NCBI GenBank assembly: GCA_001643675.2
Contig: LSRY02000036.1
Location: forward strand, 248,001 to 312,000
Reading direction: 5' to 3'
DNA: 64,000 nucleotides
DNA from: Monocercomonoides exilis PA203
Lineage: Eukaryota > Protista > Preaxostyla
Part shown: positions 49,210-61,300 of the stretch, in pieces
Layout: each line of letters starts with the position of its first letter
Position numbering within the stretch: the stretch's first letter is position 1
The notes under the pieces: model-generated
What the model saw: only the letters and a program-made list of their open reading frames with translations
Told to the model about the DNA's origin: nothing
Database searches by the model: none
Program-made: the position numbers and the translations under genes

Positions 49210-51781
49210 TCATTCTTGTGCCATAAACTCCTGCGGAATGAAAGTGTTGAAAGAAGCAGCAAATTGTGCTGTTTGTGCTGTTTCGTCTTCTTTTGAGCTG
49301 ACACATCGTCTCCAATCACTTCGATCAGGACACCCAAGAACTGTGGCAACACTCTCTCTGAAAAGGAAATGAGAAGGAGGTTTAAAAAAAAGGAGATAGA
49401 GAAAAAATTATGACAATGATATCAATTTGAATAATGAAGAAGAAAAAAAAAAAAGTGGAAAATTTAAATGAATGTGGAAAAAATGTTAAATTGAATCAAA
49501 GATGAAAAAGTTAAGAAGAAAAAAAAATAAAATAAAAAAATAAAATTGAGCGTGCAATTCAGAAATTTAAAGTATTATTTTTCGAAATAAAAAGAACTCG
49601 AAAAACGATGTTGATAACAAACCTTCCAAGTTGTATGGGAAATCTTTCATCTGCTTCTAATCTGTAGAGCAAGCGTTTGTTTCCGACTTTAATTGAAAAG
49701 AATGACTGATCACCACAAAGCTAAAAAAGAGGGGAATATAAATCCAAATAAAAGATAAAGAAATCAATATTTAAGAACGGAGGTTTAAAAAATAAGAATA
49801 GAAAAAATATTTTTTGATTTTCATGCAAAAAACAATTAGACTTAATTGCATGTTTGCTTCTTCCATTCCATTCAATTTCATTCCATTTCATATCATTCCA
49901 ATGCACATCATCAGCAATCACACCTTTTCGATTGGCTTTTCTGGATCCACATCTTCAAATTTGATTCTGTCCATCCGCCCTCTCCGCAGCACCTCATTCA
50001 CAACTGCCTCCTGAACGCTCTCTTTGATCGGAATCACTTCAATCGTCGCATGTTGCGCTGCTTTCAAGTTCAGCTTCTTCTCAATCACAACTGGCACATA
50101 CACATCTGCTGGATTTGTTGGCTCTGTTTCTTCTGTTTGAAGTGGTTTCGCTTCTTTCTCTTTCTCTTCTTCTTTGTGCTCTTCTTCTTTTTTCTCTTCT
50201 TTCTCTTCTTTCTCTTCTTTTTTCTCCTCTTCCTGCTTCGGCCTCATCCCATTTCGATACCATTCTGCCACACACTTCTCAAACACTGTTGCCTCTCCTC
50301 TCGTTTCTGTAGGCAGCGGCTCCACAACATGCTCCACAGGAATCAGCAGCGCATGCCCCGCACACAACGGACCTTTCGGAATGGCAATGTAAATATTCTG
50401 CCCTATCCACACAATCAAGTGCGCCTCAACAGCCTCGTTCCCCAAGCAGAACCAGCAGCCGCGGTTCCTGTCGTCCCTTCGCATCTCCTGGGCATCTCGT
50501 GCATTCCACCTTCCATCTCCTCTTCCTCTTCCACCTCTTCCTCTGCCTCCTCCTCCTCTGTTGTATGCTCCGCGTCTGAGCTGTGCTTCGTCTGCTGCAG
50601 ATAAGAACGCGAGCTTCATCGAGTCCTCAACAGGTGTTGGAAGAAGCCCTCCGTTGTCTTTCATTGCACTGCCATCCATCTGATTCATTGGTGTGCGTGT
50701 GTTTGTGCCGAATGCCAGCTCTCCGTCTCTTTGTAGTTCGTTGATGAAATCATCATCATCTGCATCTGCATTCGCATCGTTGCTCTTTTTGCCTTCTCTT
50801 TCATTTTCTCTCCTTCGCCTTGCTGCTTGTCTCCAGTGAGCATTCAACTTTGGGTCAAATGGAGAAAGCGTTGTTCCAGCTGGCTTTGTTCTCAATGCTT
50901 CTGAATCCATAGCAATGATAGGTTTAATGGCTGCTGCATAAAAGTCACGTTTTTCTGTAGTTCCAAATGCAGGCATTACTATCAATCGGCATGCGTGCCC
51001 GCTTGGTGTTTCAAACGGAGCCCTTTCATAAAATATATCTTTTCCGCGAGATAATACGTACCTTGGCGAAAATGAGGAACACAAAAGTCTAGATCCATCA
51101 GATGGTGCAATTTGCATTAGAGGAGAAGGGATTGCAGAAGGTTGTAATTGGTTGTCGAACCAGGATGGGATTTCATTTGATAAAATAATATCACATTTTT
51201 CATTTTCGCTGCGAAGTGAACAAACATTTTGACATGTAGTGGTTGAATAGCTAGTTGAATATTGAGAAGTTCTTGTTAATTCCTTTGCGGACCCGCAATA
51301 AATACCAGAAACATAAACAATATCAAGTGAATGAATCGTTTTTCGACCTCCTTTTCCTAAATAATAAATGTTTCTGCAGATTTCTCCCTTGTCACCAATG
51401 TTTTTTATAAGTTCGGTACCCTTATCTGGGTATCCAAGAAAATATGTTGGAATTGATGCTGAAAAAAGAATTATTTAAAAAGTTTCAATTTTTAAAAAGA
51501 AGAGAGTATTAAAAGAATATGAAATAAAAAGAAAAATAATGTCAAATATAAAATATTAAAGTATTGAACAAAAGCTTATTACCGAATCTTTTTCCTTGCA
51601 GATAGTCTTGGATTTCTTGAAATGTTTCACTGTTGTCATCAATCGGAAAGAAAGCTCCAATCGAAAGCAACATATCAAATTTTCCTTTTTTAAGTTGTAT
51701 CTCATCTATTTTTTCGTATAGTTGCCTCCATCTCCCTCTCACATCACAGCAAACAAGGACTTTTTGTGAGACAACTTCCAT
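49210..51781 (-). CDS. CWF19L1: CWF19-like protein 1 (Drn1): N-terminal pseudo-metallophosphoesterase plus CwfJ C-terminal domains
   Basis: KVLVCCDVRG...GKFDMLLSIGAFF; PRYVLS...FYERAPF; CWFCLGNEAVEAHLIV.IG...IAIPKGPL...HALLIPVEH; last exon RESVATVLGCPDRSDWRRC...TGA. Confidence 0.92.
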
Positions 51782-51869
51782 TCCATACTGTGGGTTGAAC
51801 CATTGTTTGTTTACTTTTGAAATAGGATAAATAAGCCAAAGAAAAATAAATTCTTTGTAAACTAATTAC

Positions 51870-52022
51870 ACTCCTGACGGTCGAGGATTAAGAGAATGCG
51901 AGCCTCTTTTTCGTCAACATTTTTTAACTGGAGTCAGAAAACCGTACAAAGTGTGCGGGCAGTCTTGACAGTGCCGCAGCCAAATAGTAGCTGTAGGTAC
52001 CTTATTACCGGCTGTCACAATT
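51870..52022 (+). ncRNA. Candidate structured ncRNA, H/ACA-snoRNA-like
   Basis: GC-rich island in an AT-rich spacer. 5' hairpin (ACTCC/GGAGT, TGACGG/TCGTCA, GAGG/CCTC), ANANNA box AGAAAA, small hairpin CCGTAC/GTGCGG, and a 3' domain closed by GACAG/CTGTC followed by ACA-ATT. Confidence 0.45.
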
Positions 52023-52142
52023 AAAAATAATGCAAATATCCGTTAAAAGAAAATGTGCCAAATATATTTTTGAGTGATAATAAAAAATTTAAAATAAGCA
52101 ATGATTTACAATGGAAATTTGAAAAAAAGTGATATGAAAATA

Positions 52143-54132
52143 TTAAAGCTTCATAGAATACATAAGAAGATATGCTTCACTTGACCGGGAGGGTATTGAA
52201 GATGAAGAAGTCATGGAGTCGCTGTGATTTCTCCATCTATCATCCTCTGTTCTTGCAGTGCTAAAAACAAATAGAGTAAAAATAATGAAATAAACAAAAT
52301 TGAAAAAATGACACTAAAAAAAATAAGTTTTAATAATAAATGAAATACCAAGTGTAGTGACCTCCAGCCATTGATCCAGAGTGATTAACAGCTGCAGTCA
52401 GAATGTATTCGTTTCTTGGAAGAGGAAATGTTGTGTAAGAGGAAAACTTATGATTGTTTCTAATTTCAGCAAGATCTGAAGGGGAAATAGTTTGAGGGAT
52501 TACAAGAGTTGATGAATCCTTCCTGAAGAAATAGGCTCCAGGAATAAAACGATTGAAATCTGGAAAGGAACATATTTAATTTGACGTTTATTTTAAAAAA
52601 AAAAAATTAATAAATAAATATTAATAAATTAATTCAAAATAAAATACATACGTAATATCAACACAGGCGGCCAGTGCGACACAAACAGAAAATGTTTTGC
52701 CTTCTGATTGCACTTGCACTTATCGCAGTGAACACCCGAGACATCGTTGATTGTGCTGAAGTTCTGCAGGCAGTCAAACACAGTGTGTGATGCATACGAA
52801 TAAGAGTACGACATAAACGACGTCCTGGAAGAAGTGCCAGACTGCTCAGGGAAATTGAGGGAGAGCACAGAGAACGGGTGGTGGGTGAGGCGCAGCTCGT
52901 GGCAGCCGAGGCAGAAAACACCCGTGGCTACCAGCCCCATCACGCTGTCGCTCACCACACTCCGCGCCGTCTCGACATATTCGCTCCACGCATCATCGCT
53001 CTGCATATGGTGCAGCGAGCGCACAGACGCCGACAGTGCAGTGGCTGATCTCTTCAGCCTTCTGCGGGAAAAACTGAGTTCGCCTTCACTTTCTTCCTCA
53101 TCGTCTTCATTGCCTTTGTTGTTATAATAATCATCCTCTTTGTCTCTCTCTCCATCGCTGCTGTCTGACTCACTTCCATTCTCATCCGGCGCACTAAATC
53201 TTCCTCTTCTTCTGAACCCATCCGGAGAAGTAGAAGAAGAAGCACCCGGATGCTCTGTCGGGTGCTTCTCCTGTCTGTCCTGCTGCTGTGTGGCCTCGTG
53301 AAACGCATCCAAAATCGTTACCAGCGCCTCGTGCGAGTCCTGCTGCCCGTACCCCACAAACCTGTCGTTCACTCTGCCCAGCGCGCTCAGCGTAGCGCTG
53401 GCAGTGCTGTAGCTGACCGTCCCCCTCCCTTCCCGCACGCTGCTGATCTCCTCATACGCGGCATCAGCCAGGGCAAGCAGAGTGCTGTACTCCTTCGTCT
53501 TCGCCTTGGATGCGCGCCACTTCGACCGCACCGGCACGGCCGAGCGCATGGAGCGGTAGCGCTGCAGGAGCGGCTCAGCCAGCAAGGCGCAGTAGGAAAT
53601 GCCCTGGATGCAGCTGTTGAGGTAGCATGTGTTGCCGACATTTGGGATACCGCTGTTTGGGCTGCTGAAGAAGAGATGAGGAGACGACTGGCGAATCGAA
53701 TGGAGAGGAAGCATCGATGTGGGGCCGGCGGGGCTGGCGAAGGAGCTGGTGGAGCTGATGGGGCTGTGTGTGGAGGAGTAAGAAGGGGGAAGGAGGGAGA
53801 CGGGCTTGCTGGTTGAGTATTCGGATGAAGAGGAGGAGGATGAGGGTTGTGGATTGGCGCGGGGGTAGGCTCGGGAAGAGGAGGATAAGGAAGAGGAAGA
53901 GGAAGAGGAAGAAGAGAAAGAAGAAGAAGAAGAAGAAGAATATGGATCGAGCGTGTTTCGCTCAGGAGGTGCGTGTGTTGACGCTGTTTGGGTGATTCTT
54001 GAGGCCTGAGGCGAAGAGGCGAAAGAGGAGGTCAAATATGAAGGAGGAAGAGATGTGTCTGAAATGCCACCGTAAAAACGAGATGTGTCGCTTGAGAATT
54101 TCACAGAGGGATTTGAATAAGAAGAGGAAGAG

Positions 54133-54164
<32 letters not shown>

Positions 54165-55509
54165 AGAAGAAGAAGAAATGGATGAAGTGTTTGGAGAACG
54201 AAATGAAGAAGATAGCGAAGCAGAAGGGTTTGAAGAGGAATAAGGAGAAGGAGAAAGAAAAGATGCAGGAAACGAAGAGGATGATGATGCTGTTGATGAT
54301 GCTGTTGATGATGAAGATGAAGTGGAATATGATGGAGAAACAGGACTTGTTGTTGACTGAACAGAATAAGAAGATGAGGAATATGGCGATTTTGACTGAG
54401 AAAAAGATGAAATGGAAGAGGAAGAGAGATTGGCAGAAGGCGAAGCAAGAGATGAATATCCACTGCGACTGTATTCTGAAGATGGATTGAGGAAAGAAGA
54501 AGAAGAGGAAGAGGAAGAATAAGGAGAAGAAGAAGAAGATGATGATGATGATGATGGATATAATGCTGATGTTTGTGAGTGTGATTGAGCCTGTGACAGT
54601 GGCTGTTTGCTTGCCGTCATACGAGACATCTCAACGCCCAGTGATGTCATCGGGTACATCTGATGAGTGAATGAGCGCTCATATTGATTGGTGTATGCTG
54701 TGGATCTGCCTCTCTCTGAATCGCTGGTTGAATCAGAGCGAAATGACATGTTTGACTTCTGGTCGGTTGAAGGTGATGGCCTTAAGAACGATGAAGGGAA
54801 TGTTGAGTATGAAGGAGTTGTTTGTATGCTTGATGCCTGAGACTGCAGACCAGCTGCGTGTGAAACAGGTGAGGATGGCTTATATCCAGAGTTAGAATAT
54901 GTTGAGTCTGTTTTTGAGTAAGTATCACCAGAAGGATTCGGAAATGAAGATGAATAAACTGATTCAAAACGTTTATTTGAATCTTCTCGGATATTGTTGA
55001 ATGAATTTTGCTCTTTTATTGGAAAAGTGGTTGATGAAGTGAGAGTTGTTTTTGAGTTTCCAGCAAGAATTGGTTTAGTTGTATTCTTTTCATTTCTTTC
55101 TTCAATTGCTGAACTTTCCATGTAAGATTTTGGTTTTGAAAGTCCTTGTGGTTGTTGTAGTATTCTGGAAGATGAAATATTTTTTGATGATGATTTTGGC
55201 CTTGAAGATGATCTTGACGATGAATAGCTTGGCGTTTGCAATCGTGACGGTGTTTGAACCCGAGTCGTAGAAGAAGCACGGTGTTCAACTATTAAATTTT
55301 TTGAACGGTCGGCTGTTGTTCTTCCATATGAACCAGAATTTTGAGGAATAATTGAAGGTATCTTCCGTTCAGAACGAGTTGCAATTTTTTCTGTAATGTA
55401 CGCTGAATCACTATTTTTCTCGAACTCTCGATTTCTTCCTGATCTTATTGCAGATCTTGCTCGGGGCTGTATTGGTGTCTGTGCACCTGCAGGACGAATA
55501 ATTGCAGAT
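52143..55509 (-). CDS. Ubiquitin-specific protease (peptidase C19) with a long Ser-rich N-terminus; true start upstream of 55509 unresolved
   Basis: Cys box GIPNVGNTCYLNSCIQ, FVGYGQQDSHEAL, zinc-ribbon CxxC pairs, His box HSGSMAGGHYTC, WRNHSDS, and EAYLLMY before TAA. Introns at about 52650-52560 and 52348-52261. Confidence 0.92.
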
Positions 55510-56315
55510 CTAAAAATAATTCAAGGAATTTTTTGAAAATGGCAATCAATTTATTATTCAAACTTTGCAAGCATAAATTACAATAAATCAATAAAAGAAT
55601 AATGTCTTTCCGTTTGCTTTTAAAAAGAAAATACAAAAACAATAAAAATCTTAACCAAATAATAATATAATATGGGAGTATGAACTATTTCATCTTTTGT
55701 TTTTCAAAAATATTCAGAATTTGAACAGCTGCAAGATATTCTATTTTGAGATGAATAAAAATAAATCATGAAATTGCGATTAGCAAACATTTCATTATTT
55801 TTCCACAACATTTTCTATTGTTTCAAAAAATGTCGAAAAAATCGCTCAAAAACCGAATTTAAAAATTACTAAATTCAATTATTTGAACTAATCGAAAGGT
55901 TCTTTTTTATGGATCAAATATTTGTCGATTTGTTTTTAACAATGATTAAAAGTTGGTTTATCACTTTATTTTTCTGCTCATCATCTTTCATAATTCCTTG
56001 AACAATCCTCATTTGTCATAAGTCATCTTAGTGAATATGACTATTTGAAAAATGAATGTATAAAAAAGAATGAATAATAATAAATATTATTATGATGATG
56101 ATTTTTTTTTTCCAACATCGAAAAAAAAACAATATCACTAAAGCTGTTTATACAAACAAATTTTTGTTTCATTCATTCACTATAAACAATTTTAATTGGA
56201 AAACTTATCGTTCGAAATCGTTAAATTTTTCATTCAAAATAAATAAAATGGAATATTATTTGAAAAATAAGTATTTGGCTGAAAATCGGAATGTGAAAAA
56301 AAAAATAATATTTTT

Positions 56316-57131
56316 CATTTGGGGGAAAATACGTTCTTTCAAGCTTTTTATGCACAAAGCTTGAAAAAATTGTTTCACTTTTAACATTTTTAAACTTTAT
56401 CAGATTTCAAAATAAATTTGATTTTCAAATCCGTAAACAGGCATCGTTGAAATCAAAACATCGAGTTTTCCAACATTTCACGAAATTCAAAAAATGGACC
56501 AATTCTTATTGTGTTTTTTGATCTCTGAAAGTCAATAAAAAGTGCATAATTTTTCAATGAAAATGCCTGAAGCGAAATATTTTGTCCCATTTATTGTGAA
56601 AATGTTGAGAAATTGAACCCCAATTTTAATTATTTGTGAATGAACACAAAAAATTTTTTCTTTTCTGAAAAAATCAGCAATATTGGAATCTGAAAACTTT
56701 CAAATGCATACAACACACATTAAAGAAATAATGCAATATTCAATCAAAAAAAGTTATATGCAACAATTTATAAAACTGAATTAAATATTTTTTTTCATCC
56801 GAATTTATCCACTCTTGCTCTTTTTGTATCCTCTAATTGTTTTTTATTGTTTGTCTGGGGCAAAATATTTTTCTTCAGGCATTGACATTGAAAAAATTTG
56901 CACTTTTCATTAACTTTTTGAAATTAAAAAAACACAATATAATTGGATCCATTTTTTGAGTTTCTTGAAATGTCACAAAGCTTCATGTTCTGATTTCTAC
57001 GATGCCTGTTTGCAGATATGAAAATCAAATTTTATTAAAAATCCAAGAAAGTGATATAAAGTTATACGAGAAGCAAATTATTAAATGTTTTGAGCAAAAA
57101 AAGCTTGAAAGTCCGTATTTTCCCCCATCTG
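56316..57131. mobile_element. Non-autonomous foldback/MITE-like element of about 815 bp with diverged terminal inverted repeats of about 270 bp
   Basis: 56321-56589 is the reverse complement of 56856-57126, for example GGGGGAAAATACG..CTTTCAAGCTTTTT, AAACAGGCATCG, TCAAAAAATGGA, AATGCCTGAAG and AAATATTTTG.CCCA. No clear TSD. Confidence 0.8.
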
Positions 57132-58331
57132 AGTTTAAGTGTGATTGTTTTAGAAATCATAAGTTTTTTCGGAGTGTTGATTCTTCATAGGTTTCATTTT
57201 TTTTGTAGAATATTTATTCTTTCAAAAAGAAAAAACACAACAATTGTCTCAAATGAAGATGAATGAGAATATATTTCATTTATAAAAAATTTCGGATGGA
57301 GTTATATCTATCAAGTGTTTATTGATTAATATTCAAAGTTTATTTTCAAACCGTTATTTTTTCTCAGAAAAAATATGGATTCAAAAATAACATCCCACTG
57401 AAAATGTTTGTTTTGAATATCAAAAGAGTTAGCATTGAAAAAAAATGCGTTTTGAGGAAATTTTGCAAAATAATTCGTGTTGCGGCAAGAAAGAAAATGA
57501 TCTTGTTAGGTATTTTTTGCTATGTCCGTATTTTTTTGCACAATCCATTATTCTTTTTTTGTAAACGATTTTTCACAAGAAAAACTTATCAATGATTAAA
57601 CTTGCAAAAGTGAGCAAAAATTGAAATCATTTTTGAATCCTTTTGAAATAACCTTTATAATTATTCACATTACACCAATAATTATTCAAAATGAAAATTT
57701 TTATCATTCATAAAATAAAATTCTCAGTAAATATAATGATTTTACAAACAAAATGAAAACTATTGAGTTCAAAATGGAAAATTTGCAAACTAATTAGTTG
57801 TTTTTTCAAAAGAAAGAATAATTTTTGAATTAGAAATATTAATTGTTCAGACCTTAACAAAATTTTGTTCACTATCTCACGAAATTCTGTGAATATCATA
57901 TTTTCTCATTTGAAATGGAAATTAATTTGTGTTGTTGTTATTTTCATGCGCGTGAGAAAATTTTCTGAAATCTTTAATTTTTCCCTAAAAATTTAAAAAA
58001 TTTCAAATAATCTTTATTCTTTTGAAAACAGAAGATTTTTTCAGTTCGGATGCGAAAATAATAAATTCGAATGCAAATTTTTATTTTTTTATGAAAAATT
58101 ATAAATTAGGTTGTAAAAATTCTCATTTTCATTATTTTTTGGTTCATCATCTGTTTGCATTAAATAGTTTTTTGAATGAAATCACTGTTTATATAAATAT
58201 GTTCACTCACAGCACATAAAGTGAAGCAAAAACCGCATTTAACAATAGAAGGAAACATTTTGATTGTTGATATTTCGTTTCCAGTTTTTTCAATGAGCCA
58301 TAATTAATTAAATCAAATTTTTGTTTTTTGC

Positions 58332-61300
58332 ATGTTGGTTTGTTGTGTTGTTTAACTTACTTCATTTTTGTTGTGAACTTATTTGTATGCAAAGAAGCAA
58401 ACATCATTTATAAGACCAGGATCACAAATTCATATTTGTTCTTCATTATCGCGTTCACAGAAATTTATTGCTATTTGCTCATCAAGAGCCGTATCAATAA
58501 TAGACGCAAAAAATTACGATCTAATACATCTTTTAAATACGTCTAATGGTGCAATTAATTCAATAGCATGGTTTCAATTATTTTTTATTTTTTTAATTTT
58601 GAAATTTTTAAAATACAATTTCGAATTCTGTCGAAAGGTCTCCATTTAATGAGGAATACATTGCTGTAAGCTACGAGAATCACACATTATGTATTTGGAA
58701 CATATTAACCCAACGTGTTGTGATTTGCGCAGTTTGTAATCATTCATTTGAACAAATGAATTGGTCGCAAAGTCAAAAAGACGAGATGTTTGTGAAAGAT
58801 GAAAAGGATCAATTTGGAATTTTACAAATAAATAAATGTGGTGATCAAGAGCAAATTCAATTCGTTCCATCTTTGATTAAATTTTTTAGATTTAATCACA
58901 TAAATACAAATAAATGCGCATTTGCAACAAATGAAGGAAATATCATTATAAAATCAAATATCTTTGAACAAGAAATGCGCACCGTTTCGTTTTCAGTGGG
59001 TGCTGATAGCGCTTCTTGCATATGTGATTTGAAATGGTTTCATTCAATTTATTATTCTTTTTTTCAGATTTTCCCTATATTTTTGTTTTGTTTCAAATGA
59101 TCCATTATCAATGATTCAGGGATGAGTTTTCTTCCAACTTTTTTATTGCCGCAACTACTTCTGGACTTATAGGGCTGTTTGATACAGAAAATAGCACTGA
59201 TCATGAAGTCATGTTATTTCAAAGGCAGCCACCTGGAACAATCACACTTTACTGGATTCCTGGAGAGCCAGGAAATTTTGTATCAGCATCAACAAGGAAC
59301 GGAAACATTCTGCTTTGGAACGTGTCCAATCCACAGCCGCGACGGCAGATGCTTCTTCACTCGTGTGGCTGCAGATTCATAACTTTTCTCAGTTGCGGTG
59401 CATCAAACGGGAAACAATCGCAAGCTTCCAGCAGAACAGACGACAAACAGCTTGAGAAGCATCCATCCACATCCCAGTTGCGCGAGGGAATCTCTTTGGG
59501 ACCCACTGCACCCGGTTTTGATGGAGTGCCACAACGATCTGCTCAGAAGGAGTTAAGTGAGCATGTTCAGTCCAGCCGTCAAACTAATTGTCGGATGCTC
59601 TGCACATTCGTCGATGGATCTGTGTCTGTGTTCGATGTTCGCCGTGCGCTGTGCTTGTACAAGTTCCCCCAGGGCCACAGCGATGAAATATGTTCAGTGA
59701 GCTTCCACCCAAAGAACGAGAAATTGTTTGCAACAGCCGGCGTTGAAGGAGGTGTGCGTGTGTGGGATGCAGAAACGCGCAAGATGCTCAGCTTCTTCAA
59801 GGGAAAGATAGGCGCGCTTTCGAATGTCTCATGGTCTAATAGAAATGATGGTTGTGTCGCAGCTGGCGGGGCAAGCGGGAAAGTGGAGTGTGTCAACACG
59901 AGGACAAATAGACTCGTTTGGGAAGCTCAGGTGAGCGAGACAAAGAAAGTGCTTCACGTAGAATGGAATCCAGACCCGGTTTTCAATGCTATCTGCGTTA
60001 CAACAGAGAGCGGGATCTGCTATGTTGTCAGCGGAGAAACGGGGAAGATTCAGATGCGGTTTACACTTCCAGATCACAGCATGTGTTCTGCGTGGTGCCC
60101 GCTCCGTGCAAACATGCTGGCTGCTGGGTGTGCAGACGGAGTTGTGCGGTTGTTTATGTTGGCTTCAACAAAAACAGCAAGGGAGCAAGACAATGCGAAA
60201 GAAGAAGCAGAAAATAGTATGAAGAGGGCATCTTCCTCTGCTTCCTTATCAGTTTCTTCCACATCAAGCACACAAGCCACATCATCTTTATCTGCTCCTT
60301 CCAGATGTTTCACTCGCATCAGTTCCCAACTCTATCTCAGAGGACACACAGGCAGCGTGACAGCACTGGCATGGTCGCCTCTTGTTCCAGGGCTTCTGGC
60401 CAGCGGATCACAGGATCACTCCATCCGAGTCTGGAATACAAGCCATTGCACAAACTTAGCATCTTCACCGTCTCCTTCTCGGTCACCATCTCCATCTTCA
60501 TCTCCCTCTCCCTCTTCTTCTCCATCTCCATCTCCTTCTTCTTCCTTTTCTTTTGTTGAACCATCCTGCGTGACGTTAAAAGGCGAAATGCTCAAAATAA
60601 CTGCGCTTAAATGGTCTCCAGTGATATCCACTGTTTTGTATGCTGGCTGCGTCGATGGCTCAATTCATGTGTTTGATGTGAGCAAAGCACAATGTCTGTG
60701 TGTTGTGAACAAACACGTGAGCGAAGTGACATCTATCGACATCCACCCAAAAAGACCGTTTTTCATTCTCAGCGCTTCGGCAGACAACACTCTGAGGTTC
60801 TGGCACGATGCAGGGTCAGATGCAGTTCGAATGAAGCTGATGATGGGAGTAGGAGCGGATAGTGTGGATGAATTGCGCTGTCCTGTGGCAAAGTGTGCTG
60901 ATGATGTTGTACCTTTTGGGTCAGAGGCGAATGAGACATTATCAGCAGATGCGGTTGAAAGAAGCAGAAGAAATGATTCTCACATGAATGAGCTATCTTC
61001 CTCTTCCTCTTCCTCCTCTTTATTATTATCGTCTTCTTCATTCAATGACAGTTCGCTTTGTAAATCCAAACCAATCTCGCCTTTGTCAATCAAAAAGCAG
61101 GTTAAAGCAAACACTCTGCAGAATGTCAGCTATCAGGAGCTTTCTGGAACTTTTCCTCGGATGCTCGTTCAAAAACTTGCGAAGCTCCGATTTCAATCTG
61201 CGTCATACTTCAGAACAATTGCATATCATCTGTTTCCACCATGCGGGGCTCCGCAGCTGTTTGAGCTGTTTTCCCAGCTTCAAACAGAAGATGCAAAAGA

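Noticed and set aside
51965-52016. SRP Alu-domain resemblance on the minus strand (GCCGG...CAGCTACT...GGCTG.GGC)
   Set aside because: No UGUNR turn and no S-domain helix 8 motif, and the segment is too short for 7SL.
58190-58290. TATA, two weak hairpins and a T6 run upstream of WDR17 as a small Pol III RNA
   Set aside because: Stems are only 6 bp in AT-rich DNA; more simply promoter sequence.
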